This document shows positions 25,040 through 35,223 of a stretch of DNA of 64,000 bases, piece by piece. Under the pieces are notes generated by a model. It was not told the origin of the DNA. It did no database searches and saw only the letters and a program-made list of their open reading frames with translations. The position numbers and the translations under genes are program-made. Where the stretch lies: the NCBI GenBank assembly GCA_000004985.1, contig GG738893.1; one strand, 5' to 3'. The first letter of the stretch is position 1. The number at the start of each line of letters is the position of its first letter. The DNA is from Naegleria gruberi. Its lineage: Eukaryota.

Positions 25040-26353
25040 ATGCTTTCACCACACAACAACAATAAACCCTTCCAACAAAAAATTATTTCATTCATAGGAG
25101 ATGTACATTCGGGAAAAACAACACTTGTGGGTCGATTTGCTGATCCAGCTGAGAGACAAATTGCAAAGAATATGTTGGCATATCAGACCGATCGATTGGG
25201 AGCTTACAGAGTGTATGCATCTCATGTTTCCTCTCCTGAGCGAGAAGGGAGAATTAAAATTGCAATAACTCATAAACAATATAAAGAGGAAAATCAATTA
25301 ATGTCCCTATTGGATGTATCTACATCACGGAAGAAGAAAATGGACTGTTTGATGAAGGCTATTTGGCTGTCAAATATTTGTGTATTGGTTGTGGATGTAA
25401 CGGATGGAGTATTTGAAAGGGATTTTAATAATCCAATTGGAAATATAAGAACTCACTTACAAATGGCTGGAGCTGTTGGATTGACCAATTTGATTGTTTG
25501 TTTAACAAAATGTGATTTATTGCCAGAGTCTGAATTGAATTCAAGATTGGAGGAAATCAAATCAAAATTGAGTACTTTTTTATTGTGGAAAAATGTTCCT
25601 TTCATTCCAGTTTCATGTGTAAAGAATGAAAATATATTCACACCAATTGGTGATGAGTTTTCACAAGGAAAGTCACTCGAGTCTGTATTGAAAGAAATTA
25701 ATATTGAGCCACGGAAGGAATGGATTGAAAAACCTCTAATGATGGCTATATTGGACAAGTACAAAATTGCTGGCGTTGGAACAGTGGTGGCTGGAAAAAT
25801 AATTACTGGCAGAGTTCAAGTAGATCAACAAGTTTATTACAGAGATGATTATTCAAACCCATTGAGATCTATTGAAATTGCATTCGAGCCACGTAATGAA
25901 GCTATCTGTGGAGAATTTTGTGGAATCAATATCAAACATGTATCTGCGAGAGAGATTGAATCCCATTTCATAGTTCACGATCAGGCATACTTGGAGACTG
26001 AAAAACGAGCTGTGGAATCCTTCAGAGCCCTAATCAAGATTATGAATCAACCAAAGAATGGAATTAAGGTTGGATATACTTTCAAACTTTATCATTCTGT
26101 GACTAATCAATGTATTTGTAAAATAGAAGATATTATAGCCACTGTAAATCCAAAAACCAATAAGAAAATAGAAGCATATCCAAACAAACTCAAAAAAGGA
26201 GACTTTGTAGAAGTAAGATTACGACCAGTCATATCAAAAGAATCCAAAACTTGTTACCTGGAAACATTTGAACGAAATGAAACTCTTGGACGAATCATCT
26301 TAATGAATGGAAAGTTAATAATTGGAGTTGGAAAGGTATTAAAAATAAATTAA
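25040..26353 (+). CDS. EF1A/HBS1/eRF3-family translational GTPase paralogue with degenerate G3/G4 motifs (437 aa, intronless)
   Basis: Three-domain EF-Tu architecture: G1 is GDVHSGKTT; domain II is KPLMMAILDKYKIAGVGTVVAGKIITGRV; domain III is GRIILMNGKLIIGVGKVLKI. The DxxGH switch II reads LLDVSTSRK, so both Gly and the catalytic His are absent. NKxD reads TKCD. Confidence 0.7.
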   Translation: MLSPHNNNKPFQQKIISFIGDVHSGKTTLVGRFADPAERQIAKNMLAYQTDRLGAYRVYASHVSSPEREGRIKIAITHKQYKEENQLMSLLDVSTSRKKKMDCLMKAIWLSNICVLVVDVTDGVFERDFNNPIGNIRTHLQMAGAVGLTNLIVCLTKCDLLPESELNSRLEEIKSKLSTFLLWKNVPFIPVSCVKNENIFTPIGDEFSQGKSLESVLKEINIEPRKEWIEKPLMMAILDKYKIAGVGTVVAGKIITGRVQVDQQVYYRDDYSNPLRSIEIAFEPRNEAICGEFCGINIKHVSAREIESHFIVHDQAYLETEKRAVESFRALIKIMNQPKNGIKVGYTFKLYHSVTNQCICKIEDIIATVNPKTNKKIEAYPNKLKKGDFVEVRLRPVISKESKTCYLETFERNETLGRIILMNGKLIIGVGKVLKIN

Positions 26354-26385
26354 CCAGCTTCCAAAACGATTAATTTTATTCACTC

Positions 26386-27435
26386 TCAATTAGAATTAGG
26401 TGAATGTTCACCCTTTGCTAGTTCCATTAAAAATTGTTGAGATTTGAAATGTTTTGGATCTATTTCTAGAATCTTATTGAGGAAATGTATTGACCTTTCT
26501 CTCAACTCATTTGAACCTGTTTCAGTGTACCTGATATAGTATGCCTGAGCTACTGCATAAATAATATTCACATCGCTATCACATTCAATAAGAGAGTCCT
26601 CTAGATCTTTAAATCCCAATTCAAAATTTTCCAATGCACAATAACAAAGACCTCTATTCATGTAGGCCATAGATCTATTCTCATTATCATTCAAAATACT
26701 ATCTGGATTTGTACCATCTCGATATTCATTGATAAGTCTTGAAAAATCCTGAATGGCTAGCTCAGGTTCATCCAAAGATACATGACTCATTCCTTTGAAA
26801 AAGTAATTGTCGCTTGCATTTAAAATATCAGAATATTCAGTTGTACCTTCTAATTCTTGAATAGATTTCGTATAGTATTGAATGGCCTCTCTATACTTTC
26901 CTTTTTGATAATACAAGCCAGCTATTAAACTATTTCCAAGAATGTGGTTTGGAATGTTTTTAAATTGAGAAGCTTTCCTCCAATATTCCATTGCTTCTTC
27001 GCTATTTAAATAATTATTTCGTCCAGCCCCAATCAATGCCATAACATAACATTCCTGATATGAAGACATTGCTCTTCTCGTTTCATCAAGTGAATTTTCA
27101 TAGAATCGAATAATTATTTGATACTCATGAAAGGCACCCCGCCGATCATTCAAACGTTCATAACAATTGGCAACACGTAATATCACAACCAGTGAAATAC
27201 AAGCTTCTTTTGCTTGTAAAAAGAATTTCAGAGCTTCTTCATAATTCTTGTTGGCAAATGCTAATGCTCCTTTATCGGAAAGTTCAGTGGCTGCTTTCTT
27301 GTCGAAAGTGGAGAAAGATACTTTGGAGATTAATGAAATTCTATTGGAAAATGTCTTGTTCGATTTAATATTCGAACCGAGAAGAGAAAATTTGAAAAAT
27401 TTAACAGAATTTCTGTGAAATACAAGTAAAGACAT
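26386..27435 (-). CDS. TPR repeat protein (349 aa)
   Basis: Single ORF with ATG at 27435 and repeated TPR-like helices (...ALAFANKNYEEALKFFLQAKE..., ...AGLYYQKGKYREAIQYYTKSIQ..., ...GLCYCALENFELGFKDLEDSL...). Confidence 0.6.
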   Translation of the reverse strand: MSLLVFHRNSVKFFKFSLLGSNIKSNKTFSNRISLISKVSFSTFDKKAATELSDKGALAFANKNYEEALKFFLQAKEACISLVVILRVANCYERLNDRRGAFHEYQIIIRFYENSLDETRRAMSSYQECYVMALIGAGRNNYLNSEEAMEYWRKASQFKNIPNHILGNSLIAGLYYQKGKYREAIQYYTKSIQELEGTTEYSDILNASDNYFFKGMSHVSLDEPELAIQDFSRLINEYRDGTNPDSILNDNENRSMAYMNRGLCYCALENFELGFKDLEDSLIECDSDVNIIYAVAQAYYIRYTETGSNELRERSIHFLNKILEIDPKHFKSQQFLMELAKGEHSPNSN

Positions 27436-27563
27436 GTTTTTTTTGATCTGTTGTTATGTTGATTGATTTTCAAATTGATTATTTTGGAGCTTTGCATCAT
27501 TAGGTACCTAGTAAACTTTCTTTATGTTTCAGAAATTGTAGCTTGGCAATAGATATGAATCAG

Positions 27564-28892
27564 TTATTCTTCTAAAACAACAGTTTCATTAGCTGTTTCG
27601 TGATTTTTGCTGTGTTCTTCATTGAATACCATTTGCTTCTCAATAAGAGATTTGTAAATACCGTTTGGTAGTCTAATTAACTCTGAATGGTTACCTTTCT
27701 CTTCCAAAACACCTTTAACCAAAACACAAATGATATCTGAATTGATAATAGTTGTCAGTCTATGAGCAATACATATAGTAGTACGACCTTTCATCAGAAC
27801 ATCCAATGCTTGCTGAACCAATCTTTCAGATTCACTATCCAATGCAGAAGTTGCCTCATCTAATAAGAGAACTTTTGGGTTTTGCAAAAGAGCACGTGCA
27901 ATGGCAATACGTTGCTTTTGTCCACCAGATAAGGAAACACGCATAAACTTGGAATACTGATCCCATGGTGGCCTTTCCCTCAGCAACAGTTGTGCCACCA
28001 TACAGGAAACCCAATGTTACTGTTGCCCATGTAAGTCCAGCAGTAAAGGCAAGAAAAGGTCCATGAACAGACCCCTTAAAAACACCCTGCCTGTTAATCT
28101 TGTCCAAATCTTTTTGGAATCGATTCAATTCTGAATATTCTTGTGCCATGGAGCGAATAGTTTTCATTGAAGAAATGATTTCATTGGATACAGCAGAAGA
28201 ATTTTCAGTCAACTTGTTAATCCTCTTTGTAATAATTGTAGAGATTGTGGACATTACCATATGGGAAATAAAGGTCAAGGGTATCGTTGAGACTAGAATC
28301 AAAGACATCGTCCAATTAATGGTCAAAGAAATAACAAACCCAATCACAAACTGACTCAAGTCCTGGCAAAATATAGAGAGGTCTGTAGTGTAGACTTCTT
28401 GAATTTTTCCAATATCCTCAGAAAGAATGGATGTGATAGCTCCAATCTTTTTAATGTCAAAGAAACTCATCTCCTGTTTGGAGAGGGCATGCATGTATGC
28501 TTTTCTGAGAGATGTTCCTATTCTTGCATGTGATATTTGCAAGAAGAAATCCTGTAACAAGAATGCAACAGCACTACATGCTGATAGAATTCCCAACTTG
28601 ATGCAAACCTGTGAAACAACAAACTTGCCTTCCTCCACAGATTTGGCTCCAGCCAAGCTGTCAATTAATTCACCTAACATAACAATTAACATTCACATGT
28701 AAATGTAACCAACATACCTATGAAGACATTACACAGAATGGGGATTACACCATACCCAACAGCCCCAAGAATTCCAAACAACAGCAACAACAAGTTTCCA
28801 CCAAAAATTTGTAAAATTTTAAAGTGTGATAATGGAGAAACCTGTGGCTCTCGTTCATCCTTAAATTCAAATTCGTCTTCTTTTGGAGGCAT
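27564..28892 (-). pseudogene. ABC transporter B-family half-transporter (TMD-NBD) with internal deletion removing TM6 end, Walker A and Q-loop; complement(join(27564..28673,28718..28892))
   Basis: N-terminus MPPKEDEFEF...ILQIFGG...VFIG|ELIDSLAGAK..., spliced across a 44-nt intron (28674..28717, GTATGT...TTAG). The TMD runs through ...[34 protein letters not shown]. The frame that then gives ...[35 protein letters not shown]...TICIAHRL... (signature, Walker B, H-loop) overlaps this within ~10 nt. No Walker A (GxxGxGKS/T) is encoded anywhere between 27564 and 28892. Confidence 0.5.
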
Positions 28893-29123
28893 TGTTTTTT
28901 TGATTCTGGTAAAATGATTTTCTTCCTCATTCACAATTAATTGGTTTACAACAATGAATCGATTCTGAAATTGAGGGTAGTAGTATTAAATACAATTCAA
29001 GAATGTCCGTTTGGTTCTTGTGCGAATAGTTAAACTTGAAATTGAAGAATTCAACCCTCACATTGAATCGAGAATCCTCTTCACCATTAAAAATGAAGTA
29101 TATTAGAGTTACTAATGATTATC

Positions 29124-30536
29124 CTATTCCTCATCAGGTCCCAATTCTTCTTCAGCATTAAGTTCTTGGTAGCCCTCAACAAGACTTTCGAAATTTTCTG
29201 TCAATTCTGTTATCTCATCAAGTTCCATACCCTCAGAATGAAAATGATGTAACAATGATTTCATTGTTAATATTTCATTGGCTCCATGTTTGATGCGTTC
29301 GAGGGATGATTTTAGTCTAGTTGAATTGGATAACATGAATGCTGTAATGTGCATATTGAGTAAATTTGAATTACAAGAGTAGAGAGGTCTATGAAACACA
29401 GCCCCAACTTTAAGACCACTCGGATTCCAACTACAAAATTTAAGTGCCCTTTCGTCTTTCAATTTTCTTACTACCGTATTAATTGTTCGCGGTTCTACAT
29501 AACCTCTGTACAGTAGTGAACTGCACATGGTATAACCTTCAGAAGATTCAATAAAGGGACTGGCCAAGCAATCATATGTGAACATTTCTGTTCCATAGCC
29601 ATGTGGAACAGTTTTCATTGAGGAATGAATTGGCCCAAATGACGGATACAGAATGTTCATAACTGGATACGGAAAATTGTGTGTAAGATTTTGTAAATCC
29701 GTAGAAAGGGGTCCTTCAAATCTATTACAGGCTGTAACATTTGAAATAACCAAGGAAATGAGCTCATTCACACTATCCATTGATGAATAATGAAATTCTT
29801 TCTTGCACAAGTTCTCAATAGCTTTGTTTTCCATAAATATTTTTGCATCCCAACCATTAGTTGAATTTCCCATGTAGAGAAATGAATTCAAAGCCTCAAT
29901 TGGACCATTATCTCCTGCGTTTTCGAAGTCTGGGGAAATAGAAATAGCACATTTGTATGTCTTTGAATAAGATGTATAGATACTATCCATTAACAAGCTC
30001 ACAAAACCAGATCCTAATCCACCCCCAATTGAGCTAACTATCATGAAGGAAAATGGAGATTCACACTTTTCCACTAGGGACCTAATCCTTTCCATTGCAA
30101 TCTCCAATAATTTCTTTGAACGAGAAGAGTGTCTTCCATTTGCATAAGTATAAGAGGAAGAATCCAATACAGAGGAAGTTTCACTCACAAACAATGAATT
30201 ACTTTCCGAGCATTCACTTTCATGGTCTTGAATTAATTTCAATAAATTCTCTCCAGTTGAATCCGATAGTTCTGATATTGTCAAAATAGGTCTTTCCAAA
30301 TCAATAAACAATGTTCTAGGAACAAATTTTCCATCCTCCTTCTCTCTAAATACATTTAAATATTTCTCATCCTTATCTTGATCATTTTGATAATCCGAAT
30401 TAAATCGACGCCTCTTCTCTTCCTCTGTAAACTTATCAGGAAAAATACAATGCTCATGCTCTCTTAATAATTGTTCCCAAGCACTTAATCCAATTCTATT
30501 TCCAGCACCTCCAACCTGAATACAAATTACACTCAT
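29124..30536 (-). CDS. Divergent tubulin-superfamily protein (470 aa; not alpha/beta/gamma)
   Basis: N-terminus CIQVGGAGNRIGLSAWEQLLREHE corresponds to the tubulin GQCGNQIG loop. ...FVPRTLFIDLE... and ...IVSSIGGGLGSGFVSLLMDSI... are tubulin-signature-like. Length and spacing fit delta/epsilon-type tubulins. Confidence 0.6.
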   Translation of the reverse strand: MSVICIQVGGAGNRIGLSAWEQLLREHEHCIFPDKFTEEEKRRRFNSDYQNDQDKDEKYLNVFREKEDGKFVPRTLFIDLERPILTISELSDSTGENLLKLIQDHESECSESNSLFVSETSSVLDSSSYTYANGRHSSRSKKLLEIAMERIRSLVEKCESPFSFMIVSSIGGGLGSGFVSLLMDSIYTSYSKTYKCAISISPDFENAGDNGPIEALNSFLYMGNSTNGWDAKIFMENKAIENLCKKEFHYSSMDSVNELISLVISNVTACNRFEGPLSTDLQNLTHNFPYPVMNILYPSFGPIHSSMKTVPHGYGTEMFTYDCLASPFIESSEGYTMCSSLLYRGYVEPRTINTVVRKLKDERALKFCSWNPSGLKVGAVFHRPLYSCNSNLLNMHITAFMLSNSTRLKSSLERIKHGANEILTMKSLLHHFHSEGMELDEITELTENFESLVEGYQELNAEEELGPDEE

Positions 30537-30798
30537 TTTTTTTAATAAATAAAAAATAATATTAATTAATTCATCTACAGTAGAATTACAATTTCATATC
30601 GTCAGCAAAATCATCAGATCCACTATTGAGCAGAACTCTAGAATGTATTTTTACATTCTCCATTTGAGAATCATAGAGTTTCAATTTTAAATTTTCATCA
30701 CCCAAATGATGATCATCACAACGTCATGCGAATGAACTTAAAAAATTTTCATCACCCGAAAAAAAAATTAATTAAAACTTTCCTTCACAGTGAACGCT

Positions 30799-32052
30799 AT
30801 GATGTCGGATGAACAATTTATTCAAACTCAAGACTACAAGTCAGTTTTGAAAAAGATCAAAGATAGTCCATATTATAGAAATGCTGCTCAGGGAGATGAA
30901 GTATTGATGAGCAAATTGGCTCTCGTTCTCTCCGATAAACAAAAACTGAAGAATTTCTATTTGACTACTGATTGGGCACAAACGGTCATTAATGCTATTT
31001 CAACCTATTCGGAAACTTCTCAATCTACAGGGTTGGGAATTTCATCAACTTCTGGAGAGCCATCGTCAGGTAAAAAGGGAATTTTCGATGGAATTTCATC
31101 AAAGAGCGAACAAGGTGATATTGCAATTAAAGGTGTTACAACAGCACCAATTGATGTTACGGAAGATGATTCTGATGATGAAGAATTGGATGTGGATTAT
31201 TTAAATTCTCCAGAACATTTAGAAATTCAAAAATCTCTCATGAATCAAGATCGATTGAGAGTTAAAATTATTGTTTCAGAAATTTGTGAAAGCAAAGGAA
31301 AGAAGGCATTCAGACAAATTATGAGTCCTTTACTTGCAAAATCAAGCTTTTTACCAGAATTGGGAATGTTTCACTCGGCTATTTTGATTGGACCTTGGAA
31401 ATTTGAGTGGATTGATGCCAGTTTGTGTGTTCCTAAAAAGTTGGTAGCTTCTGCTGCCCTTGTTGCATGTGATTTAACAGATGAACTTTCAGTTACTAAT
31501 TGTGGCATTAATGCTATGGTTGATAATATTGCAGAAGTAATTATCAAGTGGAATACCACTATGGAATACAAGAATAGAGGAGGAGATGGAAAGAAGAGTG
31601 GAAATTGTCAAGATTTTGTGGACGATATTTTGGATGCTATTGGAGTGGATAAGAAGGTTATTTATCAAGGAGCTATGGGTGCTTATTTCTCAAGATTGAA
31701 GTTGAAAGGAAAGGGTGGTATGAAATTCTTCTTGGAAGATGGTTTCCGTAAAAAGTTTAACATTCCTTCAAATCAAAAGCATGTCAAATTTACAAATCAC
31801 ATTCAATTAGATCAATTTGTACAACAATTATATGATATTGATCCATTATTTGATGAGAATTACCCAAGTGAATTCAAGTTGCTCAAGTCATTTGATCGTG
31901 CCTTTTGGTTAAGACATTTGGCAAAGCCATCCATTTCCAAATGGGAACCTCTCAGAGAAGAAACACAAGGATTTGATGGAGTTGAATTCCATTTGAAATG
32001 TCCTTTTGGTGATCCAAGAGAAAGTTACTCATTCAGAGAATCATCTGATTAA
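30799..32052 (+). CDS. LRAT/NlpC-P60-like (H-box / NCxxF) domain protein, ~418 aa
   Basis: ...GMFHSAILIGPWKFEWID... (His motif) and, ~70 aa downstream, ...KSGNCQDFVDDIL... (NCEHF-like Cys motif). The spacing and context resemble LRAT/HRASLS acyltransferases. ATG at 30799; 30790 is a GTG. Confidence 0.4.
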   Translation: MMSDEQFIQTQDYKSVLKKIKDSPYYRNAAQGDEVLMSKLALVLSDKQKLKNFYLTTDWAQTVINAISTYSETSQSTGLGISSTSGEPSSGKKGIFDGISSKSEQGDIAIKGVTTAPIDVTEDDSDDEELDVDYLNSPEHLEIQKSLMNQDRLRVKIIVSEICESKGKKAFRQIMSPLLAKSSFLPELGMFHSAILIGPWKFEWIDASLCVPKKLVASAALVACDLTDELSVTNCGINAMVDNIAEVIIKWNTTMEYKNRGGDGKKSGNCQDFVDDILDAIGVDKKVIYQGAMGAYFSRLKLKGKGGMKFFLEDGFRKKFNIPSNQKHVKFTNHIQLDQFVQQLYDIDPLFDENYPSEFKLLKSFDRAFWLRHLAKPSISKWEPLREETQGFDGVEFHLKCPFGDPRESYSFRESSD

Positions 32053-32189
32053 CCTTGTATAGTAAAATTTGTATTATATTCACTGTTATGGAGTTTTCAT
32101 GCTGTTAAGAAATTGAAAAAAAATTGATAAGTCACAACTAGTTAATCAGCAGTAGATGTTTAGACGCAGTCATCAGAACACCAAAATAT

Positions 32190-34622
32190 TTATTCAAAGA
32201 CAACATCTTTGGAGATGAGCTCAAACATTGGATCAACACATCTAAGGGTAACAGATTGGTTGGTGAGTAAAGAAACTGCTGGATAAAGAACGCCTGTGAT
32301 ATTTCTAAAGCATTCACCAATGCATTTACCATTCAGATACCAAGAGAGGGTTGCACCAATATTATTCTTTGGATCGACAGCATCTTCAAAAGCTTTCAAG
32401 TAGTACTTGACACGAGCCTTGACAATATCTCCCTCATTGAATGGAACGTTATTCCACTGTACGACAGGGTCACATGTGAAGGCTTGCTTATGTTTGAGAT
32501 GAGTATTGGAATAAAAGTGTAAATTATCACCATTTCCGCCTGCATATCCAAAACCTCCATGTCTATCATATCCTACAAGATTGGTTGGTGTGGATTCCTT
32601 GTAAGGGAAGGTTTCGGTTTCCAATCCAATTACAATCCACCAACCATTAGCGTTAGTCTTGTCGAATTTTTCAATCTTAATTTCCACTTCTAAAATTGCA
32701 ACATCATCAGTGATAATATCCACATCTCCATTTTCAAGATCCAATGGTGAAATGAGAGGAAGTGTCATGTATCCATTCTTTCTCTTTTCAATTTCTGTTG
32801 GAATTCTGATTGGAAGGTTAGTTCTCACAGTTTGCCAATGATATGTAATATTATCCTCTCTGTAGACAGTGGCATTGTTATTCTTGAACTTGATATTGTT
32901 ACCTCTTTCACATGTATCCCAACACAATTTCAAGGCCCAATTAATAAAGAATCTATAATAGGTCTTCCATGACTTGTAATAACATGGTGGTTTTTCACAA
33001 ACAGTCATGAATCGTTTTTTAATCTCGTTAAGAGGAGTCTGAGAAAAGAATCTTGGACACTTGTCTAATGATTTAGAATTAGTAACATTTTGATATTTTC
33101 TCTTGACATAGTAGCTGTATACGTTCATACAAATCTCTTTCCAAAGCATTTCATTCTTTGCGAATTCTCTTTCAAATTCTTTACAAACCAATCCAATACC
33201 CAAAGCTAATTCCTTGTGAGTTAGGAATGAGAAAATTTGATAGTACAATTCTGGAATTAGTCTGATAACTTGTTTCTTTGTTCTTGGAGGAGTGCTAGTG
33301 TAGTGAGATGGGGAAGCAAAATGTATTGGATTACCTGCAAATGGTAATGAATCAACCATAGTAGTAACTTGATAAGAATGTGGTCTATGTACAGAAACAA
33401 TTTGGGAGCGAGGTGTTCTAATGATTGGAGAAGAAGTGTTGGAAAATTTGTTATTGTTACTCTTTTTGGTTGGAGTGAGAATAGTTTCAGTATTATTGCC
33501 AACTGGTTGTACAGATTCATTGGCCAATTCAATATTTGATCTCTCCAAAGATGCTAATGATGAAGCAACTGGTTGTTGTGGAGGACCAACGAGAATTTCT
33601 TCTGCATTCTTTTGAACTTTCTGATTGAGAATTGTTCTAGATGGAATTGCAGTGGCAGGAGGGGTATAGACTTGGTAGGCTCGTTGTTGAGAAGAATCAA
33701 TATTACTCAAAATAACTCTCTCAATGCTAATAGGTGGTCTGAATGGTTCGTTCGGTGGAACGAAGCAAAATGTATCATTATTGACAATTTGATCAATGCC
33801 ATCTACTTCTGTTCCTCTTAATGAAATTAATTTTGGCAAAATGTCAGAATTATCACTTCTTCCAATATCATTGAAAGGAGTGTATCTAAACTTGGAGCAA
33901 ACCATCATTATTAAATCTTCAAAAGAAGTACCAGTTGGATCGAAGGAAACAATCTTTCCATGTTGCAAACTACCATTAGGAAAGATGTGAATCCTCATCA
34001 TTGGTCTCGAGTACAAGGAAGGATAGTGGTTTTGTTCTATACTGGCATGTTCCATGAAACCATCTCTCTTTGCTGCATAAATTGGTTGTCCTGTGGTCAT
34101 ATTTGCAGCAACAGTGTGAGAGGATGACATGAATGGATGTTGCACATATTGATAGTGTTGATGATCATGATGAGATCTGTGATGTTGTTGAAGAAATTCA
34201 AAATCATCCTCATTTTGTTCATACATATCATATTGATCGGAGCATGATGGTTCTGCTAATTGTTGTTGTGATGAATAATTATTAAAGGAAAAGTTTTCAT
34301 ACAAATGTTGTGAAGATGAGTCGGAATATGTATGATCATCTTCCACAGAATTATTACTACTATTGTATCTGACAACGTTATCGAGTGAGGATTTTTTAAT
34401 CATATTGTTATTATTATTAATAGTTTCTTGAATGTCGGTATTGGAGTTGCTATTCGAATTACAACTCATACTTGATAGAGGCGGAGAGGATGAAAGGTTA
34501 GAATAGGAATTCACTTCTCCGAAATATGTATTAGAAATGGATTGAAATTGTTGTTGCTGTTGTCTGGTTAGATGATGAAGGGAGGAGAAATAGTGATTGT
34601 TAGCAGCAGCAGAATGAGACAT
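32190..34622 (-). CDS. F-box / SPRY (B30.2) domain protein (FBXO45/FSN-1-like architecture), 810 aa with N/Q-rich N-terminus
   Basis: F-box at ...VIRLIPELYYQIFSFLTHKELALGIGLVCKEFEREFAKNEMLWKEIC.... C-terminal SPRY features are ...NGWWIVIGLETETFPYKES...GYDRHGGFGYAGGNGDNLHFYSN.... Confidence 0.65.
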   Translation of the reverse strand: MSHSAAANNHYFSSLHHLTRQQQQQFQSISNTYFGEVNSYSNLSSSPPLSSMSCNSNSNSNTDIQETINNNNNMIKKSSLDNVVRYNSSNNSVEDDHTYSDSSSQHLYENFSFNNYSSQQQLAEPSCSDQYDMYEQNEDDFEFLQQHHRSHHDHQHYQYVQHPFMSSSHTVAANMTTGQPIYAAKRDGFMEHASIEQNHYPSLYSRPMMRIHIFPNGSLQHGKIVSFDPTGTSFEDLIMMVCSKFRYTPFNDIGRSDNSDILPKLISLRGTEVDGIDQIVNNDTFCFVPPNEPFRPPISIERVILSNIDSSQQRAYQVYTPPATAIPSRTILNQKVQKNAEEILVGPPQQPVASSLASLERSNIELANESVQPVGNNTETILTPTKKSNNNKFSNTSSPIIRTPRSQIVSVHRPHSYQVTTMVDSLPFAGNPIHFASPSHYTSTPPRTKKQVIRLIPELYYQIFSFLTHKELALGIGLVCKEFEREFAKNEMLWKEICMNVYSYYVKRKYQNVTNSKSLDKCPRFFSQTPLNEIKKRFMTVCEKPPCYYKSWKTYYRFFINWALKLCWDTCERGNNIKFKNNNATVYREDNITYHWQTVRTNLPIRIPTEIEKRKNGYMTLPLISPLDLENGDVDIITDDVAILEVEIKIEKFDKTNANGWWIVIGLETETFPYKESTPTNLVGYDRHGGFGYAGGNGDNLHFYSNTHLKHKQAFTCDPVVQWNNVPFNEGDIVKARVKYYLKAFEDAVDPKNNIGATLSWYLNGKCIGECFRNITGVLYPAVSLLTNQSVTLRCVDPMFELISKDVVFE

Positions 34623-35223
34623 ATTTAAAAATCAAACGTGATTACCTTTCTTCTTTTAATAAAAAGTAGAGAAGGAATGTATAATATAAATATATAAATA
34701 ATACTATCTAGATAGAAAGGAGGAGAACAACATCAATATATATTTACAACAAATAACGTGTGCTGTTCCGTATAGTCTCTATGAGTATACAACAACAACA
34801 ACAACAAACAACAAAATAACACTCCTAATATCGCGATAGATACGATTCAACAATGTGTATGTTGAGGTGTAGAGTATTAGTAAATGTACAAGGGATTGTG
34901 TGGTTTTATTTTTTTGCTGCTTGGAACAAAATACATGGAAAAGGCGAAACGGTCTTTGCAAATTCATTCCTTATTGGATCTTGAGACAGACAAATTTGTG
35001 GAGTGAGCATTTTACGTAAAGCTTTACTGTCGAATACATTTGAAGACATTTAACGTTGTTGCTTGTAAGATTATAATGAATGAACGGTTGAGTATTATTC
35101 TAAATGTGTTGAAATTGTTACCTTAATAAAAAATTCAAATGATCTATCATGTTTGAGAATTGAAAAACAAGAGAAAGAAGAATCATGACCTATTACAATG
35201 TAGAAACACAATGTTCTCTATCT

